Shown: positions 19,432-28,412 of the stretch, piece after piece
How positions within the stretch are numbered: the stretch's first letter is position 1
Layout: every line of letters starts with the position of its first letter
Assembly: GCA_947501265.1 (NCBI GenBank)
Contig: CANMVY010000002.1
Coordinates: 226,859-290,858, forward strand
DNA: 64,000 bases
Source: Bacteroidota bacterium
GTDB lineage: Bacteria; Bacteroidota; Bacteroidia; UBA7662; CANHCV01
Reading direction: 5' to 3'
Notes under the pieces: model-generated
What the model was told of the DNA's origin: nothing
Database searches by the model: none
What the model saw: the letters and a program-made list of their open reading frames with translations, nothing else
Position numbers and translations under genes: made by a program

Positions 19432-20291
19432 AAAATATTGAGCACTTGTTCTTTAATCTTCTCCAGTTCATTCTTCATTTCAACCACTTTTTGTTGAATT
19501 CCAAAATGGTTTGCTTTGGAACCTAAAGTATTGATCTCGCGTCCCATTTCTTGAGCAATAAAACCCAGTTTTCGGCCGGCTTGTGCCTCATTCATGCTTT
19601 CTTGGAAGAAATTTATATGTTGGTTCAATCGCTGTTTTTCCTCAGAAACATCCAATTTCTCGAGGTAATAAATCAGTTCTTGTTCAAATCGGTCATGGTC
19701 AAACGCTGCTTTGGTCATGCGCTCCTTCACCCAAATTTCGAATTTTTCTTTCATCAAGGCGATGCGTTCGGCATCCAATTCTTGAATTTGATTTAAATTG
19801 GATTGAATTTCTCGAACACTGTTTGTAATGGCCTTCTGGGTTTCCAATCCTTCTTGGAAACGAAATTGATTCAAGGAATCGCATGCTTGATGAACTGCCA
19901 ATATGAATTCCCGTTCATCCTCTTCATCGGAAGCGGTTTGCCCAGAAAAAACTTCCGGCATTCGGGAAATGATGCTTAAGTAATCGACCTCCTTCAACGA
20001 ATGCCCATCAACAAATTCTTTTAACTGATTTAAATAACTGTTTGCCAATTCTTTATTTAACCTCACTTCAAGGTTTGAATCAGATTCAAGATGAATCGAG
20101 CAAGTAATTTTTCCACGTTGATTTTTGGCAGAAATGGCTTGCCGAACGTTGGCTTCTACATGAGAAAATTCCTTAGGCAAGCGAATGTTCAAGTCGAGTT
20201 GCTTGCTGTTGAGCGCCCTCAACTCAATCGTTACTTTTCCCAATTTCGTTTGGGCGCTCGCAGAACCGAACCCGGTCATGGATTGCATCAT
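19428..20291 (-). CDS. yicC: YicC/YloC family endoribonuclease
   Basis: SMTGFG N-terminus; LDVSEEKQRL, GRKLGFIAQEMGREINTLGSK; upstream of gmk. Confidence 0.92.
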   Translation of the reverse strand: MMQSMTGFGSASAQTKLGKVTIELRALNSKQLDLNIRLPKEFSHVEANVRQAISAKNQRGKITCSIHLESDSNLEVRLNKELANSYLNQLKEFVDGHSLKEVDYLSIISRMPEVFSGQTASDEEDEREFILAVHQACDSLNQFRFQEGLETQKAITNSVREIQSNLNQIQELDAERIALMKEKFEIWVKERMTKAAFDHDRFEQELIYYLEKLDVSEEKQRLNQHINFFQESMNEAQAGRKLGFIAQEMGREINTLGSKANHFGIQQKVVEMKNELEKIKEQVLNIL

Positions 20292-20818
20292 AGGTTTTCA
20301 GTTTTTGGCGAAAACAATTCTTTCAATTCGGGCGCATCTTCCGGCTTGATTTTCCCAGCAATCAACAAACGAAGTTGCCTTCTTTTCAAAGCGTCTTCAA
20401 AACGGTGTTGATCCTCCTCGGTTTCAGGTTGGATGGGTGGCACGGCAATGGGAGTTCCCAGTTGATCTACAGCAACAAAGGTGTAATATGCTTCGTTGCA
20501 TTTTACCTTTCTTCGGGTGGGGATGTTTTCACAGGTTACGCGAATAAAAACTTCCATAGAAGAAGTAAAAGCTCGAGTTACCCAAGCTTCAAGGGTAACC
20601 ACATCGCCCAATTTCACGGGCTCTTTAAAAGAAACCGAATCAACCGAAGCGGTAACCACCACTCGACCGGAATGTTTCTGGGCGGCGATGGCAGCACAAA
20701 TATCCATAAAATGCAACAAACGGCCGCCCATCAAGTTGTTTAACACGTTGGTGTCGTTCGGCAAAATCATTTCGTTCATCACCGTGAATGAATCGTTCGG
20801 TTTTTTGGGTGCCAGCAT
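20288..20818 (-). CDS. Acyl-CoA thioesterase (hotdog fold, YciA-like)
   Basis: PNDTN..NNLMGG.LL.FMD, VVTASVD, FVAVD. Confidence 0.9.
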   Translation of the reverse strand: MLAPKKPNDSFTVMNEMILPNDTNVLNNLMGGRLLHFMDICAAIAAQKHSGRVVVTASVDSVSFKEPVKLGDVVTLEAWVTRAFTSSMEVFIRVTCENIPTRRKVKCNEAYYTFVAVDQLGTPIAVPPIQPETEEDQHRFEDALKRRQLRLLIAGKIKPEDAPELKELFSPKTENL

Positions 20819-20844
20819 TTTTTTGTATTTTGTGCAAAGTTACC

Positions 20845-21234
20845 ATGAAAAAGACGGAAAAAATCGCTTCCACCGAAACAGGACGTTCGGCGGAGGCATT
20901 TGCAGAAAATTACTTGCTGCAAAAAGGACATCTCATCCTTCAAAAAAACTTTCATTACTCTACCATTGCAGAAATTGATCTTGTTTCAAAGGATCAGAAC
21001 ACCTTGGTTTTCACCGAAGTAAAATCGAGAAAACCATGGAAAAACGCCCACCCTGAAAAGGCTGTAAATTCGCTAAAGCAACGCAAAATATCCCAAGCCG
21101 CGCGACACTATTTGCGAAAATTTCCTCATCCCGATGAAATTCGTTTTGATGTCATTTCCATCATTACTCATCCTGAAAAAGAGTGGGAATTGGAACATTT
21201 TGAACACGCTTTTGTGCCCGTTGAATATTATTGA
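20845..21234 (+). CDS. YraN/UPF0102 family PD-(D/E)XK protein
   Basis: G..AE..A..YL..KG, EIDLV, VFTEVKSR, RFDVI. Confidence 0.88.
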   Translation: MKKTEKIASTETGRSAEAFAENYLLQKGHLILQKNFHYSTIAEIDLVSKDQNTLVFTEVKSRKPWKNAHPEKAVNSLKQRKISQAARHYLRKFPHPDEIRFDVISIITHPEKEWELEHFEHAFVPVEYY

Positions 21235-21251
21235 ATATCTTGCACGTTGGT

Positions 21252-23147
21252 ATGGTACTAACGGTAGTCATTGTTAATTACAACGTCAAATTCTTTCTAG
21301 AGCAGTGCTTGAGAAGCGTTTTTGCTGCTACCCAAGATTTGGAAGCCGAAGTTTATGTGGTGGATAACAATTCCTCGGATGGATCGGCAGAATGGATTAA
21401 GAACCAATTCCCTCAAGTTAAACTCATTGAAAATCAGGAGAACGTAGGATTTTCCAAAGCTAACAATCAAGCCATTCGATTGGCGAAGGGCGATTGGGTG
21501 TTATTGCTTAATCCCGATACGATTGTTCCAGAAAATTGTTTCAATGACATTTTAGACTACTGCCAAAATCACCCTAAATTGGGTGGCCTTGGAGTAAAAA
21601 TGTTGGATGGCTCAGGCGTTTATTTGCCTGAATCCAAGCGTGGACTACCTACGCCCGAGGTTGCAGTCTATAAAATGACAGGACTCTCCAAATTATTTGC
21701 AAAAAATCCTCGTTTTGGGGCCTATTACCACGGAAATTTATCGGAAAATGAGCCCCAAAAAGTAGAGGTTTTGGCAGGTGCTTTCATGTGGATGAGAAAA
21801 TCAGTCCTGGATGAAATAGGTTTATTGGATGAAACCTATTTCATGTACGGTGAAGATATCGATTTGTCGCATCGCATTCGATTAGCGGGTTACGAAAACC
21901 ACTATTTCCCCTTCGCTCCCATCATTCACTACAAAGGAGAAAGCACTCGGAAAGAGAGTTACAGTTATGTGAAGGCTTTTTATGGCGCCATGATTATTTT
22001 CGCTAGGAAGTACTTTACCAAGGGGCAGGCATTCCTTCTTTCAACGTTGCTTTATCCGGCCATCATTGGCAAAGCCGTTTGGGCCTATTTATCGCACCGA
22101 ATTCAAAAAAGCTTGCTTCCTTTGTTCGATTTTTCACTCCTCTGGACTCTTTTTTATTTATTGGAGGGATATTGGGAGCGAAACATCAAAGAAATGGATG
22201 GGGTTCGCTATCCCGATATTTTTCTGTTTGGATTTGTTCCGGCCTACATTTTTGTTTGGTTGCTATCGATGTATCTTTCTGGAGGATACGACCGGCCGTT
22301 TAAACCTTGGAAATTGCTTCGAGGATTGGCCCTTGGCACAACCATCACTTTAGCTGCCTACGGCTTATTGGATGAGTCGGTTCGTTTTTCCAGAGGAATG
22401 TTATTGGTTGGAGCACTCCTCGGAGGCATTGGCCTGATTGGTTTTCGTTGGATCTTAATCAAAGTTGGTCTAGGCCAATGGAAAAACGATTCTCAAACCG
22501 ACTTAAGAACCATCATTATTGGCTCAGAAACAGAAGTTGAACGCGTATTAGGGCTGCTTCAAAAAGCCAATTCATCCATTCGATTCTTAGGTTCTATAGA
22601 TCCATCGTCTGCAAATAAAGGCTTAGGTGATATCCTTGAGCTTCCGAAAATTGCATCAGACTTACAACTGGAGCAAATTATTTTTTGCGGTGCATCCCTT
22701 TCCAATACCAGCATCATTCAAAACATGGAACAATTGAAAAGGAAATACTTCTTCAAAATTGTTCCCAAAGAAAGCTCATTTCTCATTGGCTCACAATCTG
22801 TTGAAACACCCGGGGTGTTGTACAGCAAAGATTTCAATTTGGCTTATTTCTCGCCTTCAAATCAACGAAATAAACGAATTTTAGACTTATTGATTTGCCT
22901 TTTCTTCCTTTTCACTTTCCCTTATTTTCTAATTTCGAAGAGAAGAAACATCATTTTCGCCAACCTGCTTTCCGTTTTCCTTGGGAGGAAAAACTGGGTA
23001 GGTGTTCCGATTCCCAATCCAGGAAAAAACAAAAATTACGTTTTCAACTATTCCGAAAGCAATTTTGAAAAAATTGAGGAATCTTTAAAAAACGAGTATT
23101 TGAGGCATTGGAATTCAAAAATGGATATCAAAAGACTGGTGCGCTAA
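21252..23147 (+). CDS. GT2 glycosyltransferase fused to membrane and Rossmann-like domains
   Basis: VIVNYN, VDNNSSD, GFSKANN, LLNPD, YGEDID, then about 6 TM helices, IIIGS and KRILD. Confidence 0.88.
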   Translation: MVLTVVIVNYNVKFFLEQCLRSVFAATQDLEAEVYVVDNNSSDGSAEWIKNQFPQVKLIENQENVGFSKANNQAIRLAKGDWVLLLNPDTIVPENCFNDILDYCQNHPKLGGLGVKMLDGSGVYLPESKRGLPTPEVAVYKMTGLSKLFAKNPRFGAYYHGNLSENEPQKVEVLAGAFMWMRKSVLDEIGLLDETYFMYGEDIDLSHRIRLAGYENHYFPFAPIIHYKGESTRKESYSYVKAFYGAMIIFARKYFTKGQAFLLSTLLYPAIIGKAVWAYLSHRIQKSLLPLFDFSLLWTLFYLLEGYWERNIKEMDGVRYPDIFLFGFVPAYIFVWLLSMYLSGGYDRPFKPWKLLRGLALGTTITLAAYGLLDESVRFSRGMLLVGALLGGIGLIGFRWILIKVGLGQWKNDSQTDLRTIIIGSETEVERVLGLLQKANSSIRFLGSIDPSSANKGLGDILELPKIASDLQLEQIIFCGASLSNTSIIQNMEQLKRKYFFKIVPKESSFLIGSQSVETPGVLYSKDFNLAYFSPSNQRNKRILDLLICLFFLFTFPYFLISKRRNIIFANLLSVFLGRKNWVGVPIPNPGKNKNYVFNYSESNFEKIEESLKNEYLRHWNSKMDIKRLVR

Positions 23148-23214
23148 TTTCAACATTGTTGAAAAGACGTTGTTCAATTGTCCATTTTAGGAGAATTTTA
23201 ACGTCTACTAACTG

Positions 23215-24387
23215 ATGGCTTATTGGTTAAATGCACGTTGTGCTCGTTCTTGTGGTATGCTTTGTAGATTCTTTTTACTTCTTTGCGCTTTTTGCTTATC
23301 TCTATTCAGTTTTGCGGGAGATCCACCTGTTCCGTTGCAACCGGAGACCATTTATTTAAATTCGCTTCAACCCTTCGACTCTGCCACGCATCAAAAAATT
23401 GATCAATATTTCAAGCGATTGCACCAGTCGGGGCATTTCAATGGAAGTGTTGTTTTGTTTAATGATGGGCAAGTATTTTGGAATTCTTACGGTGTTCGCG
23501 ATTGGAGAACGTTGGATTCGTTGAATTTAAACACCTCCTTTCAATTGGCATCGGTGAGTAAAACCATTACTTCTTCGGCAGTGATGATCTTGGTAGAACG
23601 TGGGATTATTTCGCTTTCCGATACTTTACCTCAGTTTTTCCCTGGAATCCCCTACCCTAAAGTTACCGTAGAAATGCTTCTCAATCACCGAAGTGGCTTA
23701 CCTGATTACCTGAATTTCCTTCCGAAAACCTACAACGGAGGCGAGCCGATCACCAACGAACAATTGGTTCAGTACATGGTTGAGAAAAAACCTGCTCCCT
23801 ATACCAAACCCGGTCAATTTTTCCGATACAACAATACCAATTACGCATTATTGGCTTGCATTGTTGAGCAAGTTACCCAAGCGCCATTTGAAGATTTTGT
23901 AGATCAGGAAATTTTTGAGCCCATTGGCATGTACAATTCTTTCATTTTCAGGAATGGATATGCACCGAGGACCGAAAATTCAGCCATCGGATTCAGTGGA
24001 AAATATGCCCGAAACGATAAATTGATTGATGGAATTGTTGGAGACAAAGGAATTTATGCATCAGCACTTGATTTGTTGAAATTCCACGTTGCCTTGGAAA
24101 ACAATTTTTTATTATCGGATTCGATTCAGCGAAAAATGTACTCAGGAAGTCCGGAAATGAAAGGCATAAAAGACTACGGTTTGGGATGGAGACTATTTAA
24201 AGATGGCAGTGGGATTGTTTATCACCGCGGATGGTGGAACGGCTTTAAGAATAATTTTCTCCGAATTCCCAAAAGAAATGCCTGCGTTATTGTATTAAGT
24301 AACAACGACCAAACTCGCCCCATGGACATGGCCCAAATGTTTCGATTGATGGGTATAGATATTAGCGAACGAGAATTTGATTTTTAA
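23215..24387 (+). CDS. Serine hydrolase, class C beta-lactamase/CubicO family (start may be 23257)
   Basis: ASVSK (SxxK), LLNHRSGL, YNN (YxN), HRG; signal peptide. Confidence 0.88.
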   Translation: MAYWLNARCARSCGMLCRFFLLLCAFCLSLFSFAGDPPVPLQPETIYLNSLQPFDSATHQKIDQYFKRLHQSGHFNGSVVLFNDGQVFWNSYGVRDWRTLDSLNLNTSFQLASVSKTITSSAVMILVERGIISLSDTLPQFFPGIPYPKVTVEMLLNHRSGLPDYLNFLPKTYNGGEPITNEQLVQYMVEKKPAPYTKPGQFFRYNNTNYALLACIVEQVTQAPFEDFVDQEIFEPIGMYNSFIFRNGYAPRTENSAIGFSGKYARNDKLIDGIVGDKGIYASALDLLKFHVALENNFLLSDSIQRKMYSGSPEMKGIKDYGLGWRLFKDGSGIVYHRGWWNGFKNNFLRIPKRNACVIVLSNNDQTRPMDMAQMFRLMGIDISEREFDF

Positions 24388-26324
24388 TGATTCAGCTTCA
24401 ACCCGTTTTTCTAACCGAAACCCGAATGGGGAAATACCGAAGATTTCGGGAGATGTTAGGATTTTTGCATTTAGGTGTCAACGCTGAATTGCAGTGGGAA
24501 AAAATTGTTCACGAAATTGAAACCAACGCGTTTGCTAAGGATAAATTCCTCGAAATGATGCATTGGTTTTTGGACCATACCGAATTTCAATGGGCATTTG
24601 CTCAAAATGGAATTCTGGGATACGAAGGATTTTGGTCGGAATTGAACAAGCGCCTTGGCTCCAAAATTATTGCTCCCGTTTATTCGCCAAATTCCTTGGA
24701 CGATCACCTTTCGAAACTCATTTTGGCGAAAGATCGTGACGTAATTCGGTACGTTCTCCAACATGGAAATCTCAAAGAGTTGTTTCAAAAACTTGGTTTC
24801 TTTGATACTATTCCCGGTGGAACACGACTAAAAATGCGGGGTGAAATTCGCGATGCCATGATCATTTTAACCACTCGATTAGCTTCGGAAGGGCTATTGC
24901 CAGAAGTCATCGAGAAATTAAAGATTGAGAATGAAGTCCTATCTCCCATGGTACAATTGCAACACCAAATGCATCATTTTCTAACGGAAGAAGGACGAAC
25001 CGAGACCAACTATGTATTGGTTTGGGAAAAAATTGCTGAAGTAGAAATTCAACTAAAACAACTTCAACGGCACAAAGACCAGTTTGGAATTTCGTTAAGA
25101 ATGGCCTTTACTTTGAAGAGAATGGAATTGGAAATTATTCGAATTCGACAGCTACTTCTCATTTACCATCAACCCCAAGATCCCAATTCTCAAGAAGCCA
25201 TGTTTCTTTTGGTTCAAACGCTATTGAAAAACGAATTTGAAAAGAAACATATTCGACCCATGTTGGAAGATACGTTGAACGTTTTGGCCTACAAAATTGT
25301 TGAACAAACCTCTCGAAAGGGTGAGAATTTCATAGCAGTTGGCAGAAAAGCATGGTTTGCCATGCTGAAAGCTGCCATGGGAGGTGGATTTATTGTTTCC
25401 ATCATGGTTCTAACCAAAACCTTGCTTCATTTTCTTCATGCGCCTCCCCTAATTGAAGCATTGTTATTCAGTTTGAATTATGGACTTGGGTTTACAGTTG
25501 TGCAAACTTTTGGATTCACCATTGCCACCAAACAACCTTCCATGACGGCCAGTACCTTGGCAGGTGCCATCCGTAAAAACTCAAATCTTGAAAATATCAA
25601 GGTAGATTTCACCCGATTGGTGAAACGAATTTCGAGTACCCAAACGGTTGCCTTGATCGGCAACCTGTTGTTGGTAGGCCCATTTGCTTATTTGTGGGCT
25701 TATTTGTGGGAACTTCAAACAGGAAGCTCGTTATTAACCATAGAGGAAGCCGAAAAAACGCTCAAAAGCAACCATCCTTGGGAATCGGGGTTATTTTTCT
25801 ATGCCATTCTTACTGGCGTTTTTCTCATGCTGTCGGGTTTAATTGCCGGCTTCGTAGAAAATAAAATGAACTACGACCGATTGCCGGCAAGGATCAAAAA
25901 CAGTTTGGCTTTCAAGCAATTGTTCGGTGTTAAAAGAGCCATTAAGATTTCAAAATACATCGAAAATAACCTAAGCAATTTGGCCGGTAACTTCTCGCTA
26001 GGATTTTTCCTTGGAACTGCTTCTTTCTTTGGACTCATCCTCGGTCTTCCCATCGATATTCGACACGTCACCTTCGTTTTTGGAAATACTGGGGTTGCGT
26101 TTCAAAGCCTCGAGAACCAATTACCGAACAATTGGCAAATCTGGCATTTTATATTGGGAGTGATCGGTGTTGCTACCATCAATGTGGTTTTTAGCTTTGG
26201 ATTAAGCATGTTGGTAGCCGTTCGAAGTAGAGGAATCAAGTTCGGAGAAACACCAGGGCTTTTCCGACACGTTCTTTGGACCATGCTTAAAGAGCCTTGG
26301 TCGTTCATTCTTCCCAAAAAATAA
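24387..26324 (+). CDS. Gcr-like 'site-specific recombinase' family polytopic membrane protein
   Basis: GFWSEL..RL, AAMGGG, SLNYGLGF, TIATKQPSMTA, LPIDIRHVTF; many TM helices in the C-terminal half. Confidence 0.75.
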   Translation: MIQLQPVFLTETRMGKYRRFREMLGFLHLGVNAELQWEKIVHEIETNAFAKDKFLEMMHWFLDHTEFQWAFAQNGILGYEGFWSELNKRLGSKIIAPVYSPNSLDDHLSKLILAKDRDVIRYVLQHGNLKELFQKLGFFDTIPGGTRLKMRGEIRDAMIILTTRLASEGLLPEVIEKLKIENEVLSPMVQLQHQMHHFLTEEGRTETNYVLVWEKIAEVEIQLKQLQRHKDQFGISLRMAFTLKRMELEIIRIRQLLLIYHQPQDPNSQEAMFLLVQTLLKNEFEKKHIRPMLEDTLNVLAYKIVEQTSRKGENFIAVGRKAWFAMLKAAMGGGFIVSIMVLTKTLLHFLHAPPLIEALLFSLNYGLGFTVVQTFGFTIATKQPSMTASTLAGAIRKNSNLENIKVDFTRLVKRISSTQTVALIGNLLLVGPFAYLWAYLWELQTGSSLLTIEEAEKTLKSNHPWESGLFFYAILTGVFLMLSGLIAGFVENKMNYDRLPARIKNSLAFKQLFGVKRAIKISKYIENNLSNLAGNFSLGFFLGTASFFGLILGLPIDIRHVTFVFGNTGVAFQSLENQLPNNWQIWHFILGVIGVATINVVFSFGLSMLVAVRSRGIKFGETPGLFRHVLWTMLKEPWSFILPKK

Positions 26325-26327
26325 TCG

Positions 26328-27563
26328 TTACTTCACCAACAAATCCCAATAAAACTTGGGTTTGCGCAATTGCTGACGGAGATTCACATCTTCAAACATG
26401 CAAATCAAGGTTTCTTTCAAAAGTGGACTTTTATTGGCTTTCCTCACCACAGCATTGAATAACCAGGGAAAATCCAACGATCGTTGAAGAAAGTCGCTTA
26501 CCCGTAATTCATCGCCCAAACTCCGGAAAACCCTTTGCTGGTACTTTTGAGGAAGCGATTCCCAAGATCCATTATTCCAACATTCCTGAATTAGCTCGGC
26601 GGCCATCCAACCCGACTTCATTCCATTTCCAATTCCTTCCCCGGTAAATGGGTCAATCAAAGCCGCTGCATCCCCCAACAGTAAAAAGCCATCCCCAGCA
26701 ATGGTTTGTTGCTTAGAGCCCATCGGCAATCCCCATCCTTTGGGCATTTCCAAGGCCTCGGCATGTTGAAAACGTTCTTTGAATTGAGGATGCTCTTCAA
26801 TAATGCGATCCAATTCTTTTTTCAAATTTACCTTTCCTTGGCTCACCCGATCGGATCGCATTCCCAAACCTACATTGCAGGTGCCATCAGACATGGGGAA
26901 AATCCAAAAATAACCAGGGAGTAAATCCTTCAAAAAATGGAGTTCAATGAAATTTTCAGAATGACATTGGGTAACGCCTTTCCAATATTGCCGAATTCCC
27001 GCTGAAAAATGTCGGGGCTCCTTTCGATATCCAGCTAGAAACTTTGCAACGAGGGATCTTTCACCTTCAGCTCCGATCACCCAATCTACCTCCAACGTTT
27101 CCCGTAATTCATCTTTCTTCAGTTCAAGAAGTACACCGGTTGAACTTTTTTGAATTCCAACCAAGGAAGTATTGGTGCGAATTTGAGCCAGGGGTGATTG
27201 CGCTTTCTGAAATAGGTAATGATCAAAATCCAACCTCTTGGAAACGAATCCAACCGGCAAATCATCTTCTTTTTTTTCTTTTTTGAAGGGGATATCGAGT
27301 CTTTTCTCATTAGGAGCGGTGAATGAAATTCCCCAAGTATCCGTAAATCCTGCTTTTCCTTGGAGGTTACTCACCGCCTGAGGATCCATTTTTCGAAGAA
27401 TATGCAATGCTTTCCCGCTGATGGCATCTCCGCATACTTTGTCGCGTGGAAATTCAGCGGCATCGATTAAAACATGGGGAATTTGAAATCGCGAAAGGAA
27501 AAACGAACACGTACTACCCGACGGACCAGCACCAATGATGGCTATCCGAGGGTGGGAGTTCAT
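26328..27563 (-). CDS. Geranylgeranyl reductase family FAD-dependent oxidoreductase
   Basis: GAGPSG, FPRDKVCGD, GYFWIFP, GDAAALIDPFTGEGI. Confidence 0.88.
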   Translation of the reverse strand: MNSHPRIAIIGAGPSGSTCSFFLSRFQIPHVLIDAAEFPRDKVCGDAISGKALHILRKMDPQAVSNLQGKAGFTDTWGISFTAPNEKRLDIPFKKEKKEDDLPVGFVSKRLDFDHYLFQKAQSPLAQIRTNTSLVGIQKSSTGVLLELKKDELRETLEVDWVIGAEGERSLVAKFLAGYRKEPRHFSAGIRQYWKGVTQCHSENFIELHFLKDLLPGYFWIFPMSDGTCNVGLGMRSDRVSQGKVNLKKELDRIIEEHPQFKERFQHAEALEMPKGWGLPMGSKQQTIAGDGFLLLGDAAALIDPFTGEGIGNGMKSGWMAAELIQECWNNGSWESLPQKYQQRVFRSLGDELRVSDFLQRSLDFPWLFNAVVRKANKSPLLKETLICMFEDVNLRQQLRKPKFYWDLLVK

Positions 27564-28411
27564 TTGATTTTGGCTTGAATGGCTTGAAGCACTTCGGTTT
27601 GTCCTGGACTGCTTCGGTGGACAAACACCACTAACTTTGCGTTTTCGGGTTTCACTTTAGCGGGAAGCTGTTCCTCGTACACTTTGGTAAAAACCCTTCC
27701 CGCAACTTGGTCGGGCAGGTTCAAAGGAGTACCTAAAGCGGGTGTAAACATGGTTCGCAATACGTGTTCTTGTTCGTAGGTCGCATTGTAGGTTCCATCG
27801 GGCATTTTTTGTTCAGCCTCAATTTTATCTTCTACAACCATTACACTTACATTCAATGCACCAGAAACGAGTTGGGTAAACTTACCTGTTATTGCAAACG
27901 TAACCGTTCGATTAGCGGTGTTGTACGAAATTTGACCTAAAGAAAGGTTGATGGGTGTTGGGGTGGTAAGTTGGCTATCGACCAGATTTTTCCAAAAAGG
28001 AAGGGCCACCAACAAGTTGGGTTGAGAATCGAATTTACGTCGATTGATCCCCGCGGAGGGCTGTGCTTGAAAACCCAAATAAGTAATGATATCTTCTCCA
28101 AACTGGTTTTTTAAGGTATCTTCTCCAGCTTTGTGAGGATTGGCAAGAAAACCGTTATGGATTCCAACTGCAACAATTCTATTTGGATAAATGGAATCAA
28201 ATAGTTTGATTGCAGCATCGCCTTTAGGACAATTGTTACACTGAACTCCGGTTGATTTTTCGACTAAAATACTTCTCAATTGAGGCGTTTCAACCGAACC
28301 AACATAGGTGGTGTCTTTTAAACTACCTTTTGATTGATCATAGGGAAGAGGAATTTCTGTACAAGAAGCAATACTTCCCAAAATAGCGAAACTAAAAAAG
28401 AACTTCTTCAT
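27560..28411 (-). CDS. Omp28 family outer-membrane lipoprotein with CxxC
   Basis: Lipobox IASC; EKSTGVQCNNCP, VGIH, P.AGINR, ED.I...Q, HVLR. Confidence 0.85.
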   Translation of the reverse strand: MKKFFFSFAILGSIASCTEIPLPYDQSKGSLKDTTYVGSVETPQLRSILVEKSTGVQCNNCPKGDAAIKLFDSIYPNRIVAVGIHNGFLANPHKAGEDTLKNQFGEDIITYLGFQAQPSAGINRRKFDSQPNLLVALPFWKNLVDSQLTTPTPINLSLGQISYNTANRTVTFAITGKFTQLVSGALNVSVMVVEDKIEAEQKMPDGTYNATYEQEHVLRTMFTPALGTPLNLPDQVAGRVFTKVYEEQLPAKVKPENAKLVVFVHRSSPGQTEVLQAIQAKIK

Positions 28412-28412
28412 G

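Noticed and set aside
23215-24387. Antibiotic-resistance calls for the serine hydrolase and the MBL-fold gene at 146-1570
   Set aside because: Motifs fit generic CubicO-type hydrolases and beta-CASP RNases; resistance cannot be inferred
24387-26324. Recombinase-driven invertible or mobile locus
   Set aside because: No catalytic recombinase motifs, att sites or flanking inverted repeats seen
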